In this document: positions 23,471 through 36,599 of the stretch, in pieces
Position numbering within the stretch: the stretch's first letter is position 1
Layout of the letters: every line of letters starts with the position of its first letter
Assembly: GCA_951406725.2 (NCBI GenBank)
Contig: OX597829.1
Span: forward strand, 20,026,001 to 20,090,000
Direction of reading: 5' to 3'
DNA from: Octopus vulgaris
Taxonomy: Eukaryota
DNA length: 64,000 bases
Position numbers and translations under genes: made by a program
Notes under the pieces: model-generated
What the model was told of the DNA's origin: nothing
The model's input: the letters and a program-made list of their open reading frames with translations, nothing else
Databases searched by the model: none

Positions 23471-23822
23471 ATACAAGATTGATTATATTAATAATTAACA
23501 TGAGGAAAACATGGCTATTAATTAACAGAAGAGAGTGAGGGAAAAAGTGATTAACAGCTAACAAATTAGTTTTCTTCTAAAATATTGTCCTTTTCACCAC
23601 ATTTGACTTTGCCACAATTGCAATGAGGATATGAAGCTCTATAAGGACCTACTTATGATGGATTTGAACAATTATTTTTTTGAGAATCTTGAAACATCAT
23701 TTGCAATAAATAAATAGGTGATCTTTCATTTCATGATCATAAAAGTGAAACCCACTGAAGTCTGCAGAGATCATTGTTTGTTTGTTTGTTCCTTCTCAAA
23801 CCAAAGATCTCACATTACAACA

Positions 23823-23854
<32 letters not shown>

Positions 23855-23856
<2 letters not shown>

Positions 23857-24022
23857 GTGCAGGAGTGGCTGTGTGGTAAGTAGCTAAGCGCTGTAGTGGC
23901 TATGGTTCCGGGTTCAGTCCCACTGCATGGCACCTCAGGCAAGTGTCTTCTACTATAGCCTTGGGCCGAGCAAAGCCTTGTGAGTGGATTTGGTAGACGG
24001 AAACTGAAAGAAGCCCGTTGTA

Positions 24023-24079
<57 letters not shown>

Positions 24080-24680
24080 ATATGTTTGTGTGTCTGTGTT
24101 TGTCCCCCCCAACATCACATGACAACCAAAGGTGGTGTGTTTACGTCCCCATAACTTAGCAGTTCAGGATAAGAGACTGATAGTATAAGTACTAGGCTTC
24201 CAAAGAATAAGTCCTGGGGTTGATTTGCTCGACTAAGTCAGTGCTCCAGCATGGCTACAGTCAAATGCCTGAAACAAGTAAAAGAGTATAGGTGCAGGTA
24301 TGGCTGTGTGGTAAGAAGCTTACTTCCCAACCATGTGGTTCCGGGTTCAGTCCTACTTGTATGGCACCTTATGCAAGTGTCTTCTACTATAACATTGGGC
24401 CAACCAAAGCCTTGTGAGTGGATTTGATAGATGGAATTGGAAAAAAAGCTCATTGTATATATATATGTATATGTGCCTGTGTTTGTACCTCCCATCATCA
24501 CTTGACAACCAGTGTTGGTGTTTTTACATCCCTGTAACTTAGCAGTTTGGCAAAAGAGACCAATAGAATAAGTACCAGGCTTAAAAAATAAGTTTTGGGA
24601 TTGATTCATTCAATTAAAAATTTAAGACGGTGCCCCAGCATGGCCACAGTCTAATGACAAACAAGTAAAAGATAAAAGAT
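23855..24680 (+). mobile_element. head-to-tail pair of family A SINEs
   Basis: Two ggtgcagg..tggctgtgtggtaag heads at about 23856 and 24291. Confidence 0.85.
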
Positions 24681-24692
24681 ATATATATATAT

Positions 24693-24844
24693 ATAAAATT
24701 ATAATTTAGGGTATCTAAGAGATACCACAATGCTGGAAATAGCAGCCAAAACTTGACTCTAAAACCACATTAAATGTTCATAGAGTTTTAGAGTCAAGTT
24801 TTATACTGCTATTTTCAGCATAGATACCCTAAATTATAATTTTA
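24693..24844. repeat. about 150-bp foldback between TA microsatellites
   Basis: aaaattataatttagggtatcta...atgctggaaatagcag..aaaacttgactctaaaac / gttttagagtcaagtttt..ctgctattttcagcat-agataccctaaattataatttt. Confidence 0.85.
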
Positions 24845-24922
24845 ATAATAATTATTACCTTTGAAGGTTTTTATTCCCATGCTGGCCACCTGATAAGATT
24901 GGTATTTAAATATCAATCTTAT

Positions 24923-24975
<53 letters not shown>

Positions 24976-25072
24976 TAAGAGTAGAAATTGATATTAATCA
25001 ATTAAAATCAATTAAAACCAGTGGGTTAGCATATTTTTAACAAATCCAAAGATTAAAAATTTTGTATATAAT

Positions 25073-25143
<71 letters not shown>

Positions 25144-25239
25144 CATGTACATATACATACACACAAACACACATGCATACTTAATATGATGGGCTTTCAG
25201 TTTCTGTGGACACTCATCACAAGAAAATTGTTGAAGACA

Positions 25240-25450
25240 ATGTTGCACTCGACATCAACAAAGCATTCAACCTTGTCTGACACAAATATTCTGGCAAAAG
25301 TGTTTCCACCTATGAACTCCATCTGTCTCACATCTCTTGGTCAGTGACTTTCCAGTAGATGGCACTATTGCTTTGTATGCTGATGGAGTTCTTTCTGTCA
25401 CCTCTAGCATGCCCCTAGGTTCAGTTTTATCCCCTGATTTTTCGTCCTCA
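25240..25450 (+). mobile_element. decayed CR1/Jockey-type RT fragment
   Basis: VALDINKAFNLV*H and SMPLGSVLSP correspond to the RT motifs D-x-x-KAFD and PQGS-x-LSP. Confidence 0.65.
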
Positions 25451-25499
25451 CTAAGTCCAGTCTTTCTTCCCTAGAATGTCAACCTTCTGGACTTCCTAG

Positions 25500-25900
25500 T
25501 ATCTGTGTGTGTTTCTTGTAAGTGTCAAATCAGTGCTGTTATATGGCTGTGAAGTAAGAACGCTGACAAAGAAATTATCAAATGGGTTAAATGGATGCTA
25601 CACAAGGATACTGCGAATGGCCCTAAATGTGAAATTCCAGCAACATATGACAAACGAATACCTTTATGGAAACTTGCTGATAGTTAGTAAGAAGATCAAA
25701 CGAAGATGGCTGTGACTATGTGGTCACTGTGTGTGCCACCCTGAGCTGGAAGCATTCAAATTGGTCTTGTGGAACCCACTTCATGATGATGTAAGAAGAG
25801 GAAAACGTCATCAAACTTACATCAACAGCTTGATTGCAGACACTGGCCTAGAATGTATCCAGGATCTCAAAGCAGTGATGATGAATCGAGATGTGGCAGG
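25500..25900 (+). mobile_element. RTE-group LINE ORF C-terminal fragment
   Basis: SVLLYGCE..TLTK...GCYTRILRMALNV...LYG...LCGHC..HPE...LVLW.P...RRGK...TYI. Confidence 0.85.
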
Positions 25901-26526
25901 TAGACTTTGTTGCTGCCAGGGTGGGAACCCAGCCATAATAATGATATTCATTTCTACTAAAGGCACAAGGCCTGAAATTTGTCGGGGAGGGGACTAGTCG
26001 ATTACATCAACCTCAGTGAATCACTGGTACATAATTTATCAGCCCTGGAAATAAGGACATTAACCTATTAACCTTGCTGATACTACAGTATTGAAGAGAC
26101 TTCAAAAATGATGAGCACAACTCCTTCCCTCAGACCATTCCAATGAGAAAAATGGTTTTATTTGGCCAACACTTTGTGAATGAGATTTATTTGGTAGAAA
26201 CAGTTCAGCAGCCCTGTGTGCATGTTTTAGTGTCTTTATTTACTTATACACAGGTCTAAAACCTTGACTATATATTGTATCTCCTTATGTTACATAACTT
26301 AGCAGTCCAACAAATATATATCAATAAAATAAGTACTGGACTAATGCAAATAGTTAGTTTGATATGATTACCTATAACTGTTGAAGCCACGGCTCAGCAG
26401 GGAACAGTTCTATAGCTGAAACCGATAAAAGGATATAGATGTGCAGCAGGCAGTTTACCATGCCATCAGATACAGTTTTGGTGACAGGCATGGCTGTGTG
26501 GTAAGAAGTCTGCTTCATGACTACAT

Positions 26527-26986
26527 TGACCTCCTGGAATCTGTCCAGAGACGTGCAACCAAATGCATACCCTCCATCAGACACCTACCATATTCTGAGC
26601 GCCTTGTTTCCCTGGGCATGGATTCACTGAAGCTCCGGCGTCTGGCGACGGACTTGGTAAACACCCACAAAGTTATCAACCACCTCACCAACAACAACAC
26701 TGAACACATTTTTGATCTCCATGTGTCTAACATACGTGGACATGCCTACAAAGTCAGAAAACAGCACAGCTACCATGACTTTCGGAAACATTTTTTCACG
26801 CTCAGAGTTGCTGAAGCATGGAATAAACTGCCTGCGTCAGTTGTTGACTGCCATGACACTGCATCCTTTAAGGCCCTCATGCTTTCCGAAATCCGCCGAA
26901 ACTATACCTGATTATATATACACTTTAGATGAGTTGTAGTGCACCTGAGCACTGTACACAATTATTATTATTATTATTATTATTAT
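26527..26986 (+). mobile_element. 5'-truncated CR1 LINE inserted into a family A SINE
   Basis: Uninterrupted LESVQRRATK...YSERL...LRRL..DL...RGH...FFTLRV..AWNKLP..VV...SFK; stop at 26909-26911, short 3'UTR and (TTA)n tail; tacat duplication; SINE halves on both sides. Confidence 0.92.
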
Positions 26987-27989
26987 TACATGTTTCTGGG
27001 TTCAGTCCCAATGCATGGCACTTTGTGCGAGTGTCTTCTACTGTAGCCCTGGGCCAACTAAAGCCTTGTGAGTGGATTTGGTAGACAGAAGCTGAAAGAA
27101 TCCCATCGTATACATACATACATACACACACACACACATACACACACACACACACACACACATATGCATATATATATATATATACATACAGAGGTGGGCA
27201 ATTAGCTGACAATTCTCACACTGAAAGATCAAAATGAAATACCAGAAAACTGGCTCGCAGCACATTTTTTATTTCCACCTATCAAAGGACTGACCCTGTT
27301 GGTATATACATGTATGTTGTTGTTGTTAAGACTATCACTTTCACCAAGTGGGAATGGTAATGTTTTGTGTGTTCTGGTATTTTTGCAATCGTTTCGCTTA
27401 TACAAAATGTCAGGATTTTCCCTTTTAATTAGAGAGTTGTCACAATTCCAGCTGACTTTTTATTGGCCAACCCAATGAAAAAGTCACTTCTCTTGCTCAC
27501 TCATTCTCTCACCTCGCTATGACACACTCCCCCTCTCTCACGCTCTCGCTCTCTCTCTCTTTCTCATGTTTTTTGTAACTTAAACTACACTAATGAAGAG
27601 AATGTTTTCACTGAAACACCATATTGCTGAAAAAAAAACCCATTTGATTACGCAGAGGGATTGGTACTGTGAGACACAGTAAGCTGAGGTCATCTTATAC
27701 TTACATACACACCCACATGCACATTTAACATCAGTCACACTGTATATGATGTATGCATGTTTGCACACACACACACACACAAAGAATTTGTCTTTTGGTA
27801 AGATAGATCTTGACAAACAGGATGACATTTCTTACAACTATCTTATTTTTCTGTGTAGAATTCATAATCTGTAGACCATTGCAACTGATATTTGTGAAAA
27901 GAACATTATTTGAATACTTCAATCTTTGTATACTGATCAAACATTTATAATTTTCCGCTGGATGTATAATGTCAGTGTGCATACACAAC

Positions 27990-28882
27990 AGAGAGTAAGC
28001 GCCCCGAGAGAAAAGGTGGACATAAGAAGCATCAGATGTGGCGTACAAGAGAGATGACTGTGCTGAGATGGTTATGTGTTACGTATGGATGAGCACAGCT
28101 GTGTGAAGAAGTGTCACACCCTAACAGTGGAAGGAACCTGTGAAAGAGATAGACCCAGGGATGAGGTGGTGAAACATGACCTTCAAACATTGGGCCTCAT
28201 AGAGGCAATGATGAAAGACCATAACCTTTGAGATATGTTGTGATTGAGAATACCCAGCAAGTAAAGTGAGATCACAACCATGGCTGATGCCAGTGTTGCA
28301 TAACCAACCCATTCAAAAGTACCCTTAAAGCGTCGGGTGATATGATGATCTTGAGAAGACCTGTTAAGTCAGGTGAAATTGAAATCAAAATTGTAGTCGT
28401 GGCCAATTCCACCTGACTGGCACCCATACTGGTGGCACATAATAAGCACTATTCAAGCATGGGTCGATGCTAGTGCTGCCTGACTGGCTTGCTGTGTTTG
28501 TGGGACATAAAAAGGCACCATCTGAACGTGGTCAATGCCAGTGTTCCCTGACAGGCTCCTGTGCCAGTGACACATAAAAAGCATCATCCAAATGTGGTCG
28601 ATGCCTGTGCCCCATGACTGGTTCCTGTGCCAGTGGCATGTAAAAAGTACCATCAGAACGTGGTTGATGCTAGTGCCCCCTGACTGGCTCGCATGCCGGT
28701 GACACATAAAAAGCACCCACTACACTCGTGGAGTTGTTGGTGTTAGGAAGGGCATCCTGCTGTAGAAACCTTGCCGGTTGAGATTGGAGCCTGGTGCAGC
28801 CTATTGGCTTGCCAGTCCTCAGTCAAACCGTTCAACCCATGTTAGCATGGAAAGCAGACGTTAAACGATGATGATGATGATG
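27990..28882 (+). mobile_element. 5'-truncated RTE LINE with modular 3'UTR and (GAT)n tail
   Basis: QER..C..GYVLRMDEHSCVKKCHTLTVEGTCERDRPR, continuing through about 60-bp modules to gttaaacgatgatgatgatga. Confidence 0.85.
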
Positions 28883-29749
28883 AATATGTTCTTTCCAAAT
28901 GTGTCTACACTGAGGAATGACTGTTTTTGCTGTTCCAATATTTTTCATTACTGAACTTGCTGTACTCTTTCAGTATTAAGTATATTGATTTAAATTTCAT
29001 TGTAATCCAACAGTTTTGTTAGTATGATTTGGTAATGGAGATAATTCTTGTCTTATCTCCTTGTTGAATCCTTTTGTGCCTTTTTATTTGAATCTCCATT
29101 CATTCAAACACTAAAATTAATTAACTTTAATGAGATGATATGATGTTTCTGACACTAAAAATGTCTATAATTAAAGCCAGAAAAAGTATTCAATAATTGA
29201 GAAAAAGAAAATATTTTACTTTTTCCAATAATTCTGTGAAGTATATGCTTTACAGATGAGAATATTAAACTGGAGCATGTCAGTTGCCTTATTTATATAT
29301 TGTATATCGCATTTCATGAAGAATGGTGTCATTGGTTTCAAATTATCTTCATCATCCTAAGGTGGTGAGCAGTGTCTTAACAATCACAGATAAATCCCAG
29401 AGAGGCACAACATTACATCCTTGGTCAGCTATATATTGCATTTAAATCAGGACGGTATGCCATACATAATTAAATGGAAGCTCCAAGAACAAGCTGTACT
29501 GTACCTAAATGAAAGCAAATGATCTAAACTTTGCTTGGCTGAGACTGGAACAATGCTGAGAATTCACTTGACCTAGGTTCCTTCTTAAACTTCAAAAAAG
29601 AGACTTCTAGTTGGTGCCCTCGTCAGAGGAAATTCATGTTGAAAATGTGGAATTCCCTACTTACTAACTAGTGAAAAGTAATTGTCCTTAAGCTGACCCT
29701 TTTCAGATGTAACTGGAACCAATCTAAGATATAATTCCATCCTGCACAG

Positions 29750-30620
29750 AAGTGTTGTCTAACATTAGTATTTTCTTTTGGGGTTTTTTATGATGGTGCT
29801 TCCTTTTGTGGGTGTTAGGACCCAGCATAAAGGCAATACAGACCTTAAACCCTTTGGCTGCCTAAACCTCATTGTAATAGTGGGCTGCAGCATTGAAAAT
29901 CTCTTTACTCAGGGATAGGTTCAAAATCCCATTACTGACACCCTTCTCTAGGTTTTTGAACATAATAGTTAGGTGACAGGATGCTGTGTTAATGTATGAC
30001 AACCTTTTGTTTGGTTTGCAGTGGGGCCCGTATGAAGAGGTACCAAGGTTTAGCATAACATTTATAAAGTTAACAATGGTAAGATTGGTATCAATTGTCT
30101 TAAAACAAGAGAGCTAAGGGTGCAAATTGGGTCCTTACTCAGCCTATCTAGGATATGCCCATTTGTACCTCTAGAGATGGCTAAAGGGTTTTCTCTGTGT
30201 AGACCAAAAAGGACTGGTGGGAACCCCTTTGTTAAGGTGTTCAGTGTATAAAATCCTATGAGGTTACAGATATCCATGCTGTCAAATACTCCCATCATCA
30301 CATCAAACCAGCATACTGGGTCAGTTTGTTTGACCTAGACCAAACATTTATGTATTATTATATCTATATTTCTGTTACTAACATTAGTAAAATTCCAAAC
30401 AAACATAAGAGCCTTAACTAGTAACCCTTTCAATATAGACAGATAAAAATCTATTATATCAAATTGGATGAATCTTACCCTGCCTCTACTCTGGTTAGCT
30501 TTAAACCATAAAATAACTTCATTGGTATTATGCCGTAAGGAGAGGTTGGATACCTTCTTTATGTCAGCATTGATCTGTCTCAGTATATGCTCATTTGCCA
30601 GCGCAATTTCTGATTTAGAT
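29750..30620 (-). mobile_element. older, decayed Penelope-like RT fragment
   Basis: FIQFDIIDFYLSI, DVMMGVFDSMDICNLIG and PHCKPNKRLSYINTASCH are homologous to the 11.6-13.3 kb element. Confidence 0.8.
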
Positions 30621-30871
30621 GGATTTTTGTGTGATGTTATTCTCTAAAAGCCTATATGTGCAGGTGTTTGCTCTATATAGGCTTTTTGTTTTGTCAGAGA
30701 ATAGTAAAGCCCCATCCAAATTTTTTAGTAGACATATATTAGAAAAAGGCCTGCACTGAAAAGAGCTGGAGGGCTTACTGAATTTCATTTTGGCAATGAT
30801 GCTCAGTAAGATGGGCTTCTTTCAGTTTCCTCTACCAAATCCACTCACAAGGCTTTGATCATCCAGGGTCT

Positions 30872-31075
30872 AAGAGGTTCAGCTGAAAAGTTTATAGGCC
30901 GACCAACATACTCTCATGGAATATGACCAAATAAGGTTTATTTTTCAACATTGCCCTCCTTGTGGTCCACATACTTCTTCCACCAGTATTGCAGTGCTTG
31001 GATCCCATTGGGGAAGAAGCTTTCATCCTGTTGGTCAAAAAAGCCATCAACAGCAGATATGACTTGACCATCACT
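30872..31075 (-). mobile_element. mariner transposase C-terminus and terminal fragment
   Basis: VISAVDGFFDQQDESFFPNGIQALQYWWKKYVDHKEGNVEK*. Confidence 0.75.
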
Positions 31076-31842
31076 ATGATGAATTTTTAGTGAAAGGAAT
31101 CAACGCCACTGCTTATTTATTTTTTTAAAAGCCTGGTCAGCACGGCCACAGTCTAATGACTGAAACAATTAAAAGACTGAAGATAAAAGATTAATATGAC
31201 ATAGGCACAGGTGTGACTGTGTGGTAAGAAGCTTGCTTCCCAGTCACATGATTTCGGGTTCAGTTCCACTGCATGGCATCTTGGGCAAGTGTCTTCTACT
31301 ACAGCCTCGAGTCATCCAAAGCCATGTAGGTGGATTTAGTAGACGGAAACTGGAAGAAGCCTGTTATGTGTGTGTGTGTGTGTGTGTGTCTGTCTGTTTT
31401 TGTCCTATCATCACTGCTTGACAACTGGTGTTGGTCTGTTTATGTCCCCATAACTTAGCTGTTCAGCAAAAAGAGACCGATACAATAAGGACCAGGCTTA
31501 AAAAGTAAGTCTTGGAGTCAATTTATTTGACTAAAAAGGCAGTGATCCAGCATGGCCACAGTGAAATGACTGAAACAAGTAAGAATAAAAGAATAAGACT
31601 GATAATCAGTATGGTTACTTGAATAGTTGGAAAACAAAATCACTTCTTGAAATTACTCACTACCCTTAGTAAAGAACATTTCGAAAAAAAGTTTGTATTC
31701 CATGTTTTCGTATTTCATGTTGCTTACGTTCTGTGGTGTCCTGTGCCCATATATGTATATATACATATATATATATATGCATGTACATATATGTATGCAT
31801 ATATATTTATACATTATTTATATTATATATATATTTATATTA

Positions 31843-32237
31843 CTAGCAGTATCGCCCGGTGTTGCTCGGGTTTGTTTCGACCCTTTAGAATTGGAATTTT
31901 TGAAAAGTAAAAATTTTGCAATATGTAGCTTGTTATTCTCTTTAAGTGAACATTTTTCTGGTTGAAATACACCGAAAAATGGTGACACAGCAGTCAAAAA
32001 ATCGTAAAAAAATAGGGATTTTCATAGAAAAAAAAAGCACCTTTTTGATGTAAATAATTTTTGGTGTTAACATGGTCCGATTTGAAATTTTTCTTCTACG
32101 GAAGGAAGAGCAAGCCTTCTTCTATCATACTCTCAATTTTGGTCAACTTGCACCACAGGGTCTCGGAGGAGATAGTGTTAGTTGAAGGCTACCAAACCTG
32201 CCATACACAGACAACTTCAGCTTTATATATATAGAGA
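31843..32237 (-). mobile_element. non-autonomous Helitron
   Basis: Minus strand TCtctatatatataaag ... acaaacccgagcaacaccgggcgatactgCTAG, with the same ends as 9974-10492. Confidence 0.85.
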
Positions 32238-33749
32238 TTTATATTATACACACACATACATATATATTTATATATATATATGTATATGTATGTTTACATC
32301 AGATATAAGAGCCCCAACAGGCATGAAAACTGCAAAACAATTTAAACAGCCACAACAGACATACTAATCAATTGTTCTTTACTTCTTTAGTTAGTTTATT
32401 TATAGCCTTTGCAGTGAAGACTATACTGGAGTATTACCTTGAGTATATGAAAAAGATAGCATGCAAACCAACATTATTGATGTCTCCTTTGATATCAGTT
32501 ATTCTCAAAGTAACAAATGCCAGCACCATTGCCCCTACTACCCTCACCACCAAAATACAATGGAAACATTTTGCCCCACCACACCCCACCCCCATTCTTT
32601 ATTCAGGAGAAGGTAAAATATAAAGTTCACACCATTTAATTACTTTGTTGCTATCATGGGTTGGACAAGTTCAAAACTGTCATTGCAGTTTGTCCATCCC
32701 ATTTTTTAATCCTGTCATATCATCCCACCCACCAATGAGAAACACAGCAATTACTCCACAAATTATGGAAGAACAGTACACTTGATTATATTAACACTTG
32801 AACTCGACCAGTGAAGGCACATGGCTTAATGGTTAGGATATTTGATTCATGATTGTAACGGCATGAAATTGATATCCAGCAGTGTACTGTGTCACTGAGC
32901 GAGGCACTTTATTCCACTCAGCTGGTTAAAATGAGTAATACCTATATTTCAAACGGTTGGCCTTGTCACATTCTGTGCCGTGCTGAATCTCCCTGAGAAC
33001 TATGTTAAGCATGCATATATCTTTGGAGTGCTCAACCTCTTGCATGTTCATTTCACAAGCAGGTTGTTCAATTGAAGGGATCAGCTAGAAAACTCATTGT
33101 TGTAACCAACAGAGTGACAGTTTAGTTTAGAGAACTTGAACAATATTAATTTTTATCAACAACCACTACTCAAGAAGGATGAAAAGCAAATTGAAATTCA
33201 GCTGGATTTTAACTCAGGATTTTTAAAAATAATTAAAGAGCTCAAAGAACATTGTCCTTTGCTCTTCTGATTATAAACTATTTTGAAACTTACATTGTTT
33301 TATTTTATAATAGTATTATTTAAGCTAAAACAAAGGTTGTGAATTGGCGAAATTGTTAGCATATTGGACAAAATGCTAAGTGGTATTTCAGTTTTGAAAT
33401 ATTTTACTTCACCTTTCATTCTTTCAAGGTCGATGAAATAACTACAAATCAAGAACTAGGGTTGATGTAATTGACTAGCTCCCTCCCCACAAATTTTAGT
33501 CTAAGGTCACTTGTTGTAGCCTGATGTTAGGTTGTTCTTCTTTTCCAACAAAAATAGTAATAATAATCCAGTCTTAACACTTAATTCTGAAAAGAAGACT
33601 AGTAAGACTTCTTTTAGCTATGAGTACCAAATACACATAATATATGCCTGTGTAAAAACAAAATTGATTATACTTTAGAAAATCAGTGTTTAAGGAAAAT
33701 ATAGTGTATCAATGTAAGGTATTGCAGGGGATAATAAATATTATTACAT

Positions 33750-33927
33750 AGGCGTAGGAGTGGCTGTGTGGTAACTTGCTTACGAACCACATGGTTCCGG
33801 GTTCAGTCCCACTGCGTGGCACCTTGGGCAAGTGTCTTCTGCTATAGCCTCAGGCTGACCAAAGCCTTGTGAGTGGATTTGGTAGATGGAAACTGAAAGA
33901 AGCCCATCGTATATATGTGTGTGTGCG

Positions 33928-33958
<31 letters not shown>

Positions 33959-34162
33959 TTGTGTGTTTATCCTCCCAACATCGCTTGACAACCGATGCTG
34001 GTGTGTTTATGTCCCTGTAACTTAGCGGTTCGGCAAAAGAGACCTATAGAATAAGTACTAGGCTTACAAAGAATAAGTCTTGTGGTCGATTTGCTTGACT
34101 AAAGGCGGTGCTCCAGTATGGTCACAGTCAAATGACTGAAACAAGTAAAAGTAAAGAGAGAG
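33750..34162 (+). mobile_element. family A SINE
   Basis: Full-length copy; further copies at about 31202-31600, 35343-35750 and 39100-39505. Confidence 0.85.
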
Positions 34163-34816
34163 TAGGCTCATCTGCTACAACTTGGAAATCTAGATTTCAT
34201 AATCATTCTCTTTCATTTGAGTATAGTAGAAAATGAAATTCTACAAATTTTAGTAAATACATTTAGGATTTAAAAGATAGGAACGTTAAGTATGATTTAA
34301 AGTGGTCCATTATTAGTTATGTACCATAGTACAATTTTGGGAGTGTATGGGAAAACACACTAACAAACATAGATGTGTTATGCGACCTTTCGGCAATCTG
34401 TACACCACCCCAAAAACGCTACACATTCCATTTCTATAAGAACACCAACCTTAAAAATACACACATTTCACATACATTTTTTCCAGAAAAATCTTGTCGC
34501 CTTGCAACACCTCAAGAGATAGTTTTTGGTACCAAGGGACATAACTCTTAGCTTAACCTTAGCTCGGTTCATTTCATCATCTTTTTCACAGCAACCAAAA
34601 ACTGGATGTGTCCGTTCTCCTAAATAATAGAGAGCAGTCGCCATATTTCATTCCATAAGGGCCATCTCTGAAGAGTACAGGATTACATGATCAGGACTAT
34701 TACTTAACACACCATTGAACCCCAAATGTGAAATCGATCAGTAAAATTAGCCACATAATGGATATATAATACTGTACTTTGATTAATATACATATATATA
34801 TATATATATACTTTGA

Positions 34817-34871
<55 letters not shown>

Positions 34872-35188
34872 ATGTATATATATGTGTGCGTGTGCATATA
34901 TATATATGTGTATGTATATATATATATATATACATACACACACACACACAAATAAAATTATGGAATAAATACGATTCTGTTGAATTAGGTACTTAAGTTC
35001 AGGCATCATGTCAGTCCTGTATTGTCTGCACAGCTCAGGCATGAAATTCTTTTATTCTCTAGTTCTGATGAAAAATTTGCTAAAAAATTATAATGATGGT
35101 TCAGCCAGATGAGTAGTGGAGCTTGATCCACGAACCATCTAATTTTCTCTCATTAACCTCTTGTATGTTGAAAACCTATATGGTCTTA

Positions 35189-35266
35189 TGCATCCAAAGA
35201 AGGCAGTATATTTCAAATGCTTGCATTGATTGATTAAATGGAGCTGCCTGAAACGGCCGTAATGCA
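35189..35266 (+). ncRNA. minimal type-I hammerhead-like motif with mutated core
   Basis: tgcat CCAAAGA aggcag-(37 nt)-ctgcct GAAA cggccg TA atgca. Stems I and II are perfect, stem III is palindromic and the triplet is GUA, but CUGANGA reads CCAAAGA. Confidence 0.55.
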
Positions 35267-35756
35267 CTTATACCTTGATATTCTTGTTACTTATTTGCTT
35301 TTTATATAAAATTATGCGTATATAACAGTATTTATATACAAGTGCGCAGGAGTGGCTGTGTGGTAAGGAGCTTGCTTACCACCCACATGTTCTGGGTTCA
35401 GTCCCACTGCATAGCACCTTGGGCAAGTGTCTTCTACTATAGCCTCGGGCCACCCAAAGCCTAGTGAGTGGATCTGGTAGACAGAAACTGAAAGAAGTCT
35501 GTCGTATATATGTATATATATATATATATATGTGTGTGTTTGTGTGTCTGTGCTTGTCCCCCCCAACATCACTTAACAACCGATGATGGTGCGTTTACAT
35601 CCCCGTAACTTAGCGGTTCAGCATAAGAAACTGATGGAATAAGTACTAGGCTTCCAAAGAATAAGTCCTGGGGTCGATTTGCTCAAATAAAGGTGATGCT
35701 CCACAGCATGGCCAAAGTCAAATGACTGAAACAAGTAAAAGAGAAAAGAGCGAAAT

Positions 35757-36440
35757 ATCATCATCATCATCATCATCATTTAACGTCCGCTTTCCATGCT
35801 AGCATGGGTTGGACGGTTCAACTGGGGTCTGGGGAGCCCGAAGGCTGCACCAGGCCAGTCAGATCTGGCAGTGTTTCTACAGCTGGATGCCCTTCCTAAC
35901 GCCAACCACTCCGAGAGTGTAGTGGGTGATTTTATGTGCCACTGACACAGGTGCCAGACGAGGCTGGCGAACGGCCACGCTCGGATGGTATTTTTATGTG
36001 CCACCGACACAGGTGCCAGACGAGGCTGGCGAACGGCCACGCTCGGATGGTGTTTTTATGTGCCACCGACACAGGTGCCAGACGAGGCTGGCGAACGACC
36101 ACGCTCGGATGGTGTTTTTATGTGCCACCGACACAGGTGCCAGATGAGGCTGGCGAACGGCCACGCTCGGATGGTGTTTTTATGTGCCACCGACACAGAT
36201 GCCAGACAAGGCTAGCAGACGACCATGCTCGGATGGTGTTTTTTATGTGCCACCGACACAGGAGCCAGATGAGGCTGGCGATCGGCCATGATCGGATGGT
36301 GATTGTTACGTGCCCACAGCATGGAGGCCAGTCGGTGCGGCACTGGCTACAGCCACGTTCGGATGGTTTTCTCGTGTGCCACAAGGATACAAATTCCATT
36401 GATGTTCATCTATTTTGATTTTGTTTGATTTTTGATTTGA
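35757..36440 (-). mobile_element. RTE 3' tail with an expanded 62-bp VNTR (6-7 units)
   Basis: tttatgtgccaccgacacaggtgccagacgaggctggcgaacggccacgctcggatgg repeats with a period of 62 from about 35931 to 36365. Confidence 0.92.
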
Positions 36441-36599
36441 AATATATATATAGAGCGGTTCGGCAAAAGAGACCAATAGAATAAGTACTGGGCTTACAAA
36501 GAATAAATCCCGGGGTCGATTTGCTCGACTAAAGGCGGTGCTCCAGCATGGCCGCAGTCAAATGACTGAAACAAGTAAAAGATAAAGATAAAAGATAAG

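Noticed and set aside
34330-34700. Possible L1/Tx1-like C-terminal remnant on the minus strand
   Set aside because: Only a vague H...W pattern across frameshifts; too weak to call.
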